Assembly (NCBI GenBank): GCA_028284445.1
Contig: JANQRS010000052.1
Span: forward strand, 22,988 to 86,987
Direction: 5' to 3'
Source of the DNA: Calditrichia bacterium
GTDB taxonomy: Bacteria > Calditrichota > Calditrichia > RBG-13-44-9 > J075
Length of the DNA stretch: 64,000 nt
Numbering within the stretch: position 1 is the stretch's first letter; each line of letters begins with the position of its first letter. Under the pieces are notes generated by a model that was given only the letters and a program-made list of their open reading frames with translations, did not search any database and was not told the DNA's origin. A program made the position numbers and the translations under genes. Below are positions 46,584 to 56,207 of this stretch, in pieces.

Positions 46584-48794
46584 ATGACCCAGGATCTTCT
46601 CGAGAATTTAAATGATAAACAACGCCTGGCCGTCGAAACCGACGACGGGCCGATATTGGTGCTTGCCGGCGCCGGCAGTGGCAAAACCCGTGTTTTGACT
46701 TGCAAAATTGCCCGGCTAATGGAACAGCGCAAGGCCAAGCCCTGGGAAATTCTTGCAGTTACCTTTACAAATAAAGCCGCCGGTGAAATGCGCAAGCGCG
46801 TTGAGGAATTTGCCGGCATGATGGTTGACGGCATGTGGATTGGTACATTCCATTCTATCTGCGCGCGCATCCTGCGTATGGAAATTGATGCGCTTGGCTA
46901 TCAAAGCAATTTTTCCATCTATGACACAGATGACCAGATTCGGCAAATTCAATATGTAATGGATAAGCTCAACCTGAACGCCAAACAGTTGAGGCCGCGA
47001 TCTGTTCAGCATATCATTAGCGACAATAAGAATCGCATGGTCAGCGTCGACCGCTACGAGCAAGAAGCGGCCAATTTTGGTGACCGTCAGATTGCTTCTG
47101 TTTATCGTGAATACGAAGATGCCATGCGGCGCAACAATGCCCTCGACTTCGACGATCTGCTCCTGAAGACCCTCGATCTGTTTACGCGCCACGATGCGGT
47201 ACTGCGTAAATACCAGTCGCGCTTCAAATACGTGCTGGTTGACGAATACCAGGACACCAACAAGGCGCAATATTACATTGTGAAGCAAATTGCCTCTACC
47301 CATCGCAATATCTGCGTGGTTGGTGATGAGGATCAGAGCATATATCGCTGGCGCGGCGCCGATATCGAAAATATCCTGGGATTCGAAAAAGACTATCCGG
47401 AAGCGACCGTCATCCGCCTGGAGCAGAATTATCGCTCAACACAGAACATTCTCGATGCCGCGAATGCGGTCGTCGCCAACAACAAAAAACGCCTTGGCAA
47501 AAATCTCTGGAGCCATAAGGATTCCGGCCCCAAAATACAGATTCATCAGCTTGTGGATGAAAACGCCGAGGCACTACAGGTTGTAGACATCCTGAAAGAC
47601 CAATATGTTCGAAATGGCCACGCTTACAACGATATGGCGATTCTGTATCGAACCAATGCGCAATCACGAGCATTGGAAGATCGCCTGCGTCGCGGCAATG
47701 TTCCCTACACCCTGGTAGGTGGAACCAAATTCTACGACCGTAAAGAAGTGAAAGACGTGCTGGCGTATCTGCGCATTCTGGTCAATCAACAAGATGCGGT
47801 GGCTTTGCGCCGCATCGTCAACTATCCGTCACGCGGGATCGGCGCAACCAGTCAGGAGCGCCTGGAAACTCATGCTGCTGAGCAGGGCATCTCTCTTTAT
47901 GAAGCGTTGCAGCGGGCAGCCGAGATTACGACGATCAATGCCGGAACCCGCGCAAAGATGCAGAACTTTGCGGAAGCCCTTGATGCGATAGTTGCCGATG
48001 TAGATAAAGTTAGTGCCTATGAATTGGCTCACCTGGTTATCGATCGTTTTCGTCTTAAAGAGCAATACCAAATGAGCAGTGCGATTGAAGATGAGACCCG
48101 TCTGGAAAACATCAATGAATTATTGAATAGTATTGCCGTATTTACCGAGCAAGCACGCGATGATGACGTCAGTTTGCAACGCTACCTGGAGGATGTGTCG
48201 CTGCTAACCGACCTTGACCGCTGGGATCCGGGTTTCAGTGCGGTGACATTAATGACCCTACATAGCGCCAAAGGCCTGGAATTTCCGGTGGTAATTATTG
48301 CCGGGATGGAAGAGGGGCTATTCCCGCTTTTTCGTTCATTGGAAAGAGAAGATGACCTTGAAGAGGAGCGTCGGCTTTTTTATGTTGGGATGACCCGTGC
48401 CGAGGATGCGCTGTATTTGCTGTGGGCGGGACAGCGCCGTCGCTTTACCGGTGATGGATCGGGAATGTCTTACAGGAATACGGCTTCGCGCTTCCTGGCG
48501 GAAATTCCTTCGGACTTTAAGAATGACCGCCGTCTAGATAGTTTTGCCAGCGGATATCGTCCCCGGCAGCGTCAGCGATTCAAGGAGCGTGATGCTTTCA
48601 CTGCTGCTGCCACGGCGATTGACAATGAAGCCGGGTATAAGATTGGGGACTGGGTTCAACACGATACTTTTGGGCGCGGTCAAATCCTCGGCATTGAGGG
48701 AAGCGGTGTCGGCCTGAAACTTTCAATCTTGTTTGGAAAAAAGTTGAAGAAAATTATTGCAGAATATGCCAATTTGGAACGATTGGATAAGTGA
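46584..48794 (+). CDS. uvrD: UvrD/PcrA superfamily 1 DNA helicase
   Basis: AGAGSGKTRVL, TFTNKAA, VDEYQDTN, VGDEDQSIY, NYRST, LYRTNAQSR, TLHSAKGLEF, EERRLFYVGMTRA, C-terminal Tudor-like domain. Confidence 0.95.
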   Translation: MTQDLLENLNDKQRLAVETDDGPILVLAGAGSGKTRVLTCKIARLMEQRKAKPWEILAVTFTNKAAGEMRKRVEEFAGMMVDGMWIGTFHSICARILRMEIDALGYQSNFSIYDTDDQIRQIQYVMDKLNLNAKQLRPRSVQHIISDNKNRMVSVDRYEQEAANFGDRQIASVYREYEDAMRRNNALDFDDLLLKTLDLFTRHDAVLRKYQSRFKYVLVDEYQDTNKAQYYIVKQIASTHRNICVVGDEDQSIYRWRGADIENILGFEKDYPEATVIRLEQNYRSTQNILDAANAVVANNKKRLGKNLWSHKDSGPKIQIHQLVDENAEALQVVDILKDQYVRNGHAYNDMAILYRTNAQSRALEDRLRRGNVPYTLVGGTKFYDRKEVKDVLAYLRILVNQQDAVALRRIVNYPSRGIGATSQERLETHAAEQGISLYEALQRAAEITTINAGTRAKMQNFAEALDAIVADVDKVSAYELAHLVIDRFRLKEQYQMSSAIEDETRLENINELLNSIAVFTEQARDDDVSLQRYLEDVSLLTDLDRWDPGFSAVTLMTLHSAKGLEFPVVIIAGMEEGLFPLFRSLEREDDLEEERRLFYVGMTRAEDALYLLWAGQRRRFTGDGSGMSYRNTASRFLAEIPSDFKNDRRLDSFASGYRPRQRQRFKERDAFTAAATAIDNEAGYKIGDWVQHDTFGRGQILGIEGSGVGLKLSILFGKKLKKIIAEYANLERLDK

Positions 48795-48816
48795 AATTAG
48801 CCAATGGGATGCACGT

Positions 48817-51800
48817 ATGCGTAATTTGAAGAAACGCTGTTGTTGGGGGTTGTTGATTCTCTTGCTGTCTGGAATGGCAATGGGGCAACAATATGACGAA
48901 AGCAATGACTTCTCGTTTGCGCTTAAGTTGTATAACGAAGGTTTTTATGATGTGGCCGTGAAACAATGGTCGACCTTCATCAATAGATATCCGGATAGCG
49001 ACCGTCTTGCTGATGCCCGCTATTACTATGGCGACGCACTTTATAAGGTTAAAGATTTCGAAAATGCGCGGATCGAGTTTCAGGCGCTTGCTGTCAGCTA
49101 TCCGGGACACCCGAGGGCTGCCCAAAGTTGGCAAATGGTGGGTGTCTGTTACCAGCAATTGGGAAAGAAAGACGAGGCTGCGAAGGCATTTGAGACAGTG
49201 AAGCTGTTGTTCCCTTCCAATGCACTGGCGCCCGGTGCAGTACTTTCAGCCGGTGAACTTTACGTCGAGCTTGATCAGCTGCCGAAAGCGGAACAACTGC
49301 TTCGTGATTTTCTCGATCGCTATCTTGAATCATCGGAATATCCGCGCGGACGTTTGCTTTATGCCGATTTGCTATTGAAGAAGGGCGAGCTGGAAAAAGC
49401 GGACCTCGAATACCAAAAAGTGCTGGATATTACCGACGACAAAGGCATTCAAGCAGAAGCCTCTATTGGTCGGGCACTCGTCTATCAGCGACTTGGCCTA
49501 TTGGAAAAGGCCATAGCTAATTTGCAGCAAGTTGTCGGCGAGCATCGGGGCTCCCCTTCGGCATTTAAAGCACTCAAGGCACTAACCCGGCTAAATCTCG
49601 ATCGCCGGGACTGGCAACAAGCACTGACGATATTAAAGCGTGAGGGCAAGAACTACGACGTTGCCCGCCAAAGAGAATTACAAGTCATGCAGATTCAGGC
49701 GCTGATTATGTCCGGCGACTATGTGTTTGCCGATCAAAAGGCGACGGACTGGTTAAACAACACCAAGAGTGCTGATGCAAATACAGTTGCTTTTTATCAG
49801 GCCGTAAGCAAGCTGGAAAATGGTCAAACCCAGATGGCAATCGACAAACTTAAGCCGCTTGAAAAGACCCTCGCTGATGATCCAAAGCAGCAAAATTATC
49901 GCGCTGCTTCGCTTTATGGGTTGACCATGGCATCATTACAGAAGCAGGATGTGCCTGCAGCCAGACTCTATCTTGGACAATTACAAGGATTGGCTGGTGA
50001 GGCACAATATACGGAGTCCTTGTACCGTGATTTGATTCGCCTGGCCTTTCGCACTGGCGAATTGGCCGCTGGTGTTGATGAACTGCAGCGCTTTCGTGGG
50101 CTTTACGGCAATAGCGTCCATCGGGATGACCTGATTTATGAAGCCGGCAAAGCCTATTTTGATAAAGGGCAGTACGAACGCGCAATGATCTATTTTGAAC
50201 AGCTTGGCGAGGAATACGTGTGCTCGGCAGCCTGGGATTCTAGCATGGCTTACATTGACTTTATTGATACCTATCATCAGCGGCGACAGGGAACCGGGGT
50301 GAATGAAATCGCCCGTTTGATGGGCCGAATGATTACCGGTGGTGAAAAGTCGGAACTGCTCTTTGATCTTGGACGGATCTATCTGGCAGATTTGCGTGAC
50401 TACCGTGAGGCCAGCCGAATTTTTGCGCAGTATATCAAGACGGCGAAGGATTCGTCCGCTCTTGCCGCCGGACATTATTATCTGAGCGATAGTTATCTTA
50501 AGCTTGCTCAATATGAGGCTTTCATGAAAGGCGATGCCGGCAGCTGGGGCAAAAAAGCGGCTGACCAGCTTCGTCAGGCGATGAGTTACGTGCGCTATTC
50601 TCCGGAGCCGGATACCCTGACCTTTCGCTTCCTGACATATGCGGTTCCTGAAGCAAAGGAAGATCTCAACAAGCAGTTTAAGTTTTGGCAGCTTTTTGAG
50701 AAAAACAATCCGCAATCCGACTTGTTGCCGGAAGTGCGCCTGCAATTAGCCGGTCTATTGGCCCGCAAAGGATCCCTTGAAGAGGCTGTTGCTTACTATG
50801 ATCGGGTTATTGCTTCCAATAAGAATGCGATGAAGCGTGGCGATGCCCGCTACCGCAAAGCGCGCCTGTTGATGAATACCGGACAAGGAAGTGCCGGGCT
50901 TGACGCCTTAAAAGACTATTTACTGTCCGAGAAAAAGCACCCGCATTTGGCAATTGGATATCGGATATTGGCCGACAGCTATGCGGCTGCTAATCAGCCC
51001 GGGGTTGCCGCCCAGTTCCTGGAACGATTATTAACTCAATTTGACTATGCTGACGTGGCCGAAAGAGCCCGTCAGGATATAACCGGTTTACTGGTTGAAG
51101 CCGGTGAATATGCCCGGGCAGAAACCTATATCGAGCCGCAGCTCAAGGAGTTTGCCGGGGCCAGTGACCCGGTAGTTGCCAAATATCTCACGGCTCCGCC
51201 AGCCAATTATTACTTTTTCTCCGGAAAGTCCCGCTATTTAAAGTCGGACTTTGGCAGTGCCCGGGACCAGCTGCTAAAATTCCTCTATCTTGCCGATAGC
51301 AATCCACATATGAATGAGGCTTACTTCCTGCTTGGGAAAATGTCGCGTCAGGAAAACGACCTGGAATCTGCTGTGCTGCATTTGTCCCTCGCTGACATCA
51401 AGAACGATACCAGCTTTTTTTATCAAGCGAATGATATTGCAGCCGATATTTTGTTTGAGAGCGGTGAATACGGCGAGGCGGCAAAACGCTACGATCGCTT
51501 GATCGATTTAGCCTTGAATCCTGCAAAAAAAATAAACCATGAAGCACAGAAAATCCGCTGTTTGATTAACAGTGGTGAAACGGCTTCCGTCAAGACGCAA
51601 GCAAGCGCATTTGAAAAGAAATACAAAAAGGATCCGGCGCTTTCTGGCTACATGGCCGCATTTGAACTTGATCGGGGCAAGGCAGCTTATCGCGCTGGCA
51701 AGCATGATCTGGCAATCAAGCACTTCAAGACGGTGGTCGGTAAATACAAGAAAACCGAATATCAGGATGACGCGCATTTGTCATTAATTCGCAGTTATGC

Positions 51801-52479
51801 CACCTTGAATAAGGCTGAAGATGTGATCAAGGAATCGCAAAAATTCTTCAAAAATCATCCTGGAAATGACCTAACTGCGGAAGTATATTTGACGCTTGCG
51901 GAGATCTATTATCGCAATGAGCAGCCGCCGGAAGGTCTGACAGCGGTGAAAAATGCAGCTGAAAGCGCAAAAACGCCATCGGCGCGCAAGAAGGCATTGC
52001 CAATGTTGATTGCGTCCTACAAAAATGTCGGCCAATGGGATGCTGCTCTTCAAACTGCCCGGTCATATATCCAGGAATTTCCGGATGCTGACGATGTGAT
52101 TGTGCAAAAAATAAATATGGGCATTTTCCTGTCCAATCTGAATCGCAACAATGAAGCAATTGATCATCTGCGGGCACTTAAGTATGAAGTGAGCAGTGAG
52201 GAAGAACCGGAAATTCAATACTATATTGGCGAAGCGTACTACAACGGTGGTCAGTACGATAACGCCATCAATGAATTCCTGAAAATTCCATTGTTGTCGA
52301 AGAAGACCAAATTGCAGTGGGAGGCCAGCGCATTGTATCGCGCCGGGCAATCTTACGAGCGTCTGGGGCGAAAAGCAGATGCCATTCGCATGTATCAGGA
52401 AATTATTGATCGCCCCGGTATCCAGGTGCAGTTGAAGAATGAGGCGAAGAAGCTGATTGCCGCCCTCCGGACCGGTTAG
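48817..52479 (+). CDS. Very large exported TPR protein with CpoB/BamD-like repeats
   Basis: Signal peptide from ATG 48817; many TPR pairs ending YP.S (e.g. FINRYPDSDRLADARYYYGDALY). Confidence 0.8.
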   Translation: MRNLKKRCCWGLLILLLSGMAMGQQYDESNDFSFALKLYNEGFYDVAVKQWSTFINRYPDSDRLADARYYYGDALYKVKDFENARIEFQALAVSYPGHPRAAQSWQMVGVCYQQLGKKDEAAKAFETVKLLFPSNALAPGAVLSAGELYVELDQLPKAEQLLRDFLDRYLESSEYPRGRLLYADLLLKKGELEKADLEYQKVLDITDDKGIQAEASIGRALVYQRLGLLEKAIANLQQVVGEHRGSPSAFKALKALTRLNLDRRDWQQALTILKREGKNYDVARQRELQVMQIQALIMSGDYVFADQKATDWLNNTKSADANTVAFYQAVSKLENGQTQMAIDKLKPLEKTLADDPKQQNYRAASLYGLTMASLQKQDVPAARLYLGQLQGLAGEAQYTESLYRDLIRLAFRTGELAAGVDELQRFRGLYGNSVHRDDLIYEAGKAYFDKGQYERAMIYFEQLGEEYVCSAAWDSSMAYIDFIDTYHQRRQGTGVNEIARLMGRMITGGEKSELLFDLGRIYLADLRDYREASRIFAQYIKTAKDSSALAAGHYYLSDSYLKLAQYEAFMKGDAGSWGKKAADQLRQAMSYVRYSPEPDTLTFRFLTYAVPEAKEDLNKQFKFWQLFEKNNPQSDLLPEVRLQLAGLLARKGSLEEAVAYYDRVIASNKNAMKRGDARYRKARLLMNTGQGSAGLDALKDYLLSEKKHPHLAIGYRILADSYAAANQPGVAAQFLERLLTQFDYADVAERARQDITGLLVEAGEYARAETYIEPQLKEFAGASDPVVAKYLTAPPANYYFFSGKSRYLKSDFGSARDQLLKFLYLADSNPHMNEAYFLLGKMSRQENDLESAVLHLSLADIKNDTSFFYQANDIAADILFESGEYGEAAKRYDRLIDLALNPAKKINHEAQKIRCLINSGETASVKTQASAFEKKYKKDPALSGYMAAFELDRGKAAYRAGKHDLAIKHFKTVVGKYKKTEYQDDAHLSLIRSYATLNKAEDVIKESQKFFKNHPGNDLTAEVYLTLAEIYYRNEQPPEGLTAVKNAAESAKTPSARKKALPMLIASYKNVGQWDAALQTARSYIQEFPDADDVIVQKINMGIFLSNLNRNNEAIDHLRALKYEVSSEEEPEIQYYIGEAYYNGGQYDNAINEFLKIPLLSKKTKLQWEASALYRAGQSYERLGRKADAIRMYQEIIDRPGIQVQLKNEAKKLIAALRTG

Positions 52480-52606
52480 TGAAAGAATAAAATTGCACCT
52501 TTGTGATCTATTTTAAATTTTTTCATTCACTTAAACTTTATGTTGAATGAAAACAGCACGATTACTATCTATTATGTCAATATGTGAGTTAACGCGTGAG
52601 GCGACA

Positions 52607-53917
52607 ATGAAAAGAGTTGCAATACCCTGCATAATCCTGATAATGGGTATTTTTTTAATGCAGTGCGGAGGGGCGAAGAAGTTGTCGCCCGAGGAGTATC
52701 AAAATCTCTCAAATTCCGAAAGAATTGCCTACCTGACCAAGCAGGTTGAAAAGAGCCCCAATGATATGGGACTGAAGAAAATGCTCTATGAGGAGTATAT
52801 GGACGCCGATATGCGGCCTCAGGCTATTCAAACGCTTGGTGAAATCCTGGAATTGGATCCGTATCAAGTAGATCTGCAATACAAATATGGACAGCTGAAT
52901 CATGAAGAAGGCAATACCCGCGAAGCCTACCAGGCATTCCTGCGAGTGATGCAGAGTGGCTCGGCGGAGATTTACAAGGACCAGGTTGCTCAATATGTGG
53001 CCGGTAACTTCCTGACTCAGCAGGTAACATTTGACGGCGAAGATGAAGCTTTCCCAAGCTTTTCACCGGATGGCAGTAAGATTATCTACCAGAAGCGCAA
53101 TAACGGCAATTGGGATATTTACGAATACACCATGCAAACCAAAACGGCTCGGCCGGTTGTTGCCAGCGAGGCAGATGAAGAATTGCCGACCTACAACCCT
53201 CAGGGCACCCAAATTGCTTTTACCAGCAACAGTGCTGACCGCCGCCCTATCGGTTCCAATTACAAGGTGCGCGAAATTACTCTGCTGGAGACCTCTGATA
53301 ATTTTACGTCGAACGTCACTCAGTCGGTTGCGGATGATTGGCTTCCACGCTATAGCCATTCCGGAACTCAGTTGCTCTTTGTTTCCGAACGCAACGACTT
53401 GCGCAAGGTGAATTACCTTGGCAAGCAAAGCGACCTTTTTGTCATGAATAGCAACGGCGACTTTCAGCATCGCCTGACAGAAACCCCGGTCAATGAAGGC
53501 GGCGCTTGTTTCAGTGCAAACGACAAGCAAATCTATTTCCATTCCAATCAGAATGGCAATTATGACATTTTTGTCATGCGCACGGATGGCTCGCAGAAGA
53601 TGACAGTTGTGAACAATCCCAACGGTGATGATGTTAACCCGCATGCATCTCCGGTTGCCGACTACATCACTTTTGTATCAAATCGCGATGGCAACTACGA
53701 AATCTACCGCTGCCGCGCCAATGGTGGTGAGCAGGAACGACTGACAATACATCCCGGGGTTGATTCGAATCCCACATTTTCTCCGGATGGACAGACCATT
53801 GCATTCCATTCCAATCGCAACGGGAATTTTGATATCTTCTTTATCAACCTCGGCCACTCTACCAGCGGCACAACAATTGGCGAGTTGATAGACCGACTGA
53901 ACGGCCTGCTGCAATAA
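52607..53917 (+). CDS. Lipoprotein with an N-terminal TPR and a TolB-like PD40 beta-propeller
   Basis: Lipobox FLMQC; repeats PSFSPDGSKI, PTFSPDGQTIAFHSNRNGNFDIF, SNRDGNYEIY. Confidence 0.85.
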   Translation: MKRVAIPCIILIMGIFLMQCGGAKKLSPEEYQNLSNSERIAYLTKQVEKSPNDMGLKKMLYEEYMDADMRPQAIQTLGEILELDPYQVDLQYKYGQLNHEEGNTREAYQAFLRVMQSGSAEIYKDQVAQYVAGNFLTQQVTFDGEDEAFPSFSPDGSKIIYQKRNNGNWDIYEYTMQTKTARPVVASEADEELPTYNPQGTQIAFTSNSADRRPIGSNYKVREITLLETSDNFTSNVTQSVADDWLPRYSHSGTQLLFVSERNDLRKVNYLGKQSDLFVMNSNGDFQHRLTETPVNEGGACFSANDKQIYFHSNQNGNYDIFVMRTDGSQKMTVVNNPNGDDVNPHASPVADYITFVSNRDGNYEIYRCRANGGEQERLTIHPGVDSNPTFSPDGQTIAFHSNRNGNFDIFFINLGHSTSGTTIGELIDRLNGLLQ

Positions 53918-54018
53918 GAAAATTTCCAGCCAGGATGCCGGCTTGGCTACCAACGTAGCGGAGCCGGTTGAATAAAACCCGGCTTTGCCTCAGACGACAG
54001 TTTTCATTAAGTTTAGAG

Positions 54019-55149
54019 ATGAAAAACGAGGGTAAGGCGTTATTGAGTTCAGGCAAGCACCAGCACGGCAAGCGTATTTTGCTCCATTTTGCTCATCGTG
54101 GCGAAGCGCGAGTATTCCTAGAGGAACTTGCGGTTCATCCGGTGAGTTTTCCCGTTAAGGGACTCTATGAAAATGAGAGATTCCTTGTAGTGATTAGCGG
54201 TGAAGGGCGGCAAAATACCACTGAAACGTTGGCCGCGGCTATCAGTTACGCCGGTATGCAAATCAGTGAAGTCCTGAATCTTGGGGTTGCCGGCAGTCTG
54301 CACTACGATCTTAAGCTCAATAGAATTGTCAGCGTTCGCACAGTATATGGCGCCATTGACAATCGCGTAGAATTCAAGACTTTTACTTCAGTTGATGATG
54401 CAGCAGAAATTGACTGCATATCAACCAGCCGGCGGATTCTGGAGAAGGAAGACGCCGAACCGCTGTCGTATTTTGCCCAGATCGTTGACCGTGAATTATG
54501 GGCCTGTGCGTCAGTTTGTAAACGATTTAATATACCATTTCGCTCTTTGAAAATGATTTCCGATAGGGCAGGGGAACAGGCACTTTGTGCCGATATCGCT
54601 GAAGATGCTCTTCGCTACAGTCACGCACTCTTCAATCACTTTAAGAAGCTGGCTCACCAGGAGGAGCCGGAAAATGAGCGGATTGAGTTGCCGGACGGCT
54701 TCTATGCAACTGTTGCGCAAAAAAGGCAGCTAACGAGCCTCTTGCAAGCTGTTGTGGTTAAAGAAAAGCGTTCAGCTAAGCATTTGCCTGACTTTTTGCC
54801 CATCGATGATATTCTGAAGTCAGAAAAGCATCCCAAAAAACGCACAATTCGACTCATTCATGAATTGCGGGACTACCTGAATCCATTTCGGCGTCGGCTT
54901 GAGGAGAGCTTGAAGCCCATTTTTGAACCGCTTCGCGGCAATGATATTCGCGTGTCGCCCGCCCGCGATTACGAAACCAATGCCCTTGGCATCAGTTTTA
55001 CTGTGGAAAATGAAGATGAGTTAGACAGGAAATGTGCCGCCCTAAAGAGTTTTGACTATGTCGCCTACCGGGAAATTCTGAGCGGCGAAGTTATGTCTGT
55101 AAATGGAAAATCAAAACCCGCCAAGGGTGAGGATAGTCAGGCAAATTGA
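54019..55149 (+). CDS. Divergent nucleoside phosphorylase/MTA-SAH nucleosidase-fold protein with a C-terminal extension
   Basis: VVISGEG, VLNLGVAGSL, IVDRELWA (compare VEME), LKMISD (compare RAISD). TTGA overlap with the SPL-like gene. Confidence 0.6.
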   Translation: MKNEGKALLSSGKHQHGKRILLHFAHRGEARVFLEELAVHPVSFPVKGLYENERFLVVISGEGRQNTTETLAAAISYAGMQISEVLNLGVAGSLHYDLKLNRIVSVRTVYGAIDNRVEFKTFTSVDDAAEIDCISTSRRILEKEDAEPLSYFAQIVDRELWACASVCKRFNIPFRSLKMISDRAGEQALCADIAEDALRYSHALFNHFKKLAHQEEPENERIELPDGFYATVAQKRQLTSLLQAVVVKEKRSAKHLPDFLPIDDILKSEKHPKKRTIRLIHELRDYLNPFRRRLEESLKPIFEPLRGNDIRVSPARDYETNALGISFTVENEDELDRKCAALKSFDYVAYREILSGEVMSVNGKSKPAKGEDSQAN

Positions 55150-56174
55150 AATTCAAAACACTGTTTGTTGAAGAAGCTGTTGCAGATGATCCGCAAACTT
55201 TGCGGATTATTGACGCTTTTCCAAAGGCAAGCGTGAACTATATTTCAAAAGTTGAGGATGTGTTCGGGCGTGCACGAAAACCGTATTTGCAGAAGCGGAC
55301 ATCACTCAATCTGTTTATCGGCCGTAAAGAAGGCAATTTACTGAAGGTTGCGCCGGACGCCTATGGATTGGCAGGCGAGCCGCATTTCTACTTCATTCAC
55401 GCATACAATTGTGTCTACGAGTGCGAATATTGTTATTTGCAAGGCTATTTCAAATCGCCGGATTTGGTGTTCTTTGTGAACCATGATGAAATTATTGCTG
55501 AGATGGAGGCTGCAACCCTGCAGGTGCCGGACGGACAACATATTTGGTTTCATGCCGGAGAGTTCAGCGATTGCCTGGCGCTAAGCCATATTACCTGTGA
55601 ATGGGAAAACTATTGGCCGTTCTTTGCCCGCTATCCACAGGCAAAGCTGGAGTTACGGACCAAATCTGTGAACATCAAGGTCATTCGCAAGCTTGGCCCG
55701 CTGGATAACGTGATTGTGAGCTTTAGTCTCTCTCCCGATATAGCATTAAAGCTGCACGATCGGGGAACACCGTCGCTATCGGCGCGCATGAAGGCGATTC
55801 AGCAACTGGTTGAGGATGGCTTTCAAATCGGACTGCATTTTGATCCAATGATTTACCGGGAGAATTTTGAAGCAGATTATGAAATCCTAACCGAGGATGT
55901 TGTCCGTATTATACCAGCTGAGCAGTTGGCCTATGTGTCGCTGGGCGTTGTGCGATTTAGCAGGGATGTTTTCCTCGAGTTTGAAAGGAATTATCCGGAT
56001 TCGGAATTGTTGGCTGCTGAATTTACCCGAAGCTTTGATGGCAAAGTCAGATATACCCGTCCACATCGCATGTATATGCTCAGGCAGGTGGAAAAAATCT
56101 GTCACGAGAAGGGGATAGCGCCGCACAAAGTGTATTTATGTATGGAGAATGAGTCGGAAAAACAGTTGTCTTGA
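55146..56174 (+). CDS. Spore photoproduct lyase-like radical SAM protein
   Basis: NCVYECEYCYLQG (CxxxCxxC), GEFSD, LELRTKS, SFSLSP, GLHFDP, YLCME. Confidence 0.88.
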   Translation: MKFKTLFVEEAVADDPQTLRIIDAFPKASVNYISKVEDVFGRARKPYLQKRTSLNLFIGRKEGNLLKVAPDAYGLAGEPHFYFIHAYNCVYECEYCYLQGYFKSPDLVFFVNHDEIIAEMEAATLQVPDGQHIWFHAGEFSDCLALSHITCEWENYWPFFARYPQAKLELRTKSVNIKVIRKLGPLDNVIVSFSLSPDIALKLHDRGTPSLSARMKAIQQLVEDGFQIGLHFDPMIYRENFEADYEILTEDVVRIIPAEQLAYVSLGVVRFSRDVFLEFERNYPDSELLAAEFTRSFDGKVRYTRPHRMYMLRQVEKICHEKGIAPHKVYLCMENESEKQLS

Positions 56175-56207
56175 CAAATTTGATTGTCAGAACCCGGACT
56201 TGATAAA

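Noticed and set aside
46584..48794. UvrD helicase as part of an anti-phage defence system
   Set aside because: It is a full-length housekeeping UvrD/PcrA with a C-terminal Tudor-like domain, between mltG and a TPR gene, with no nuclease or ATPase partner.
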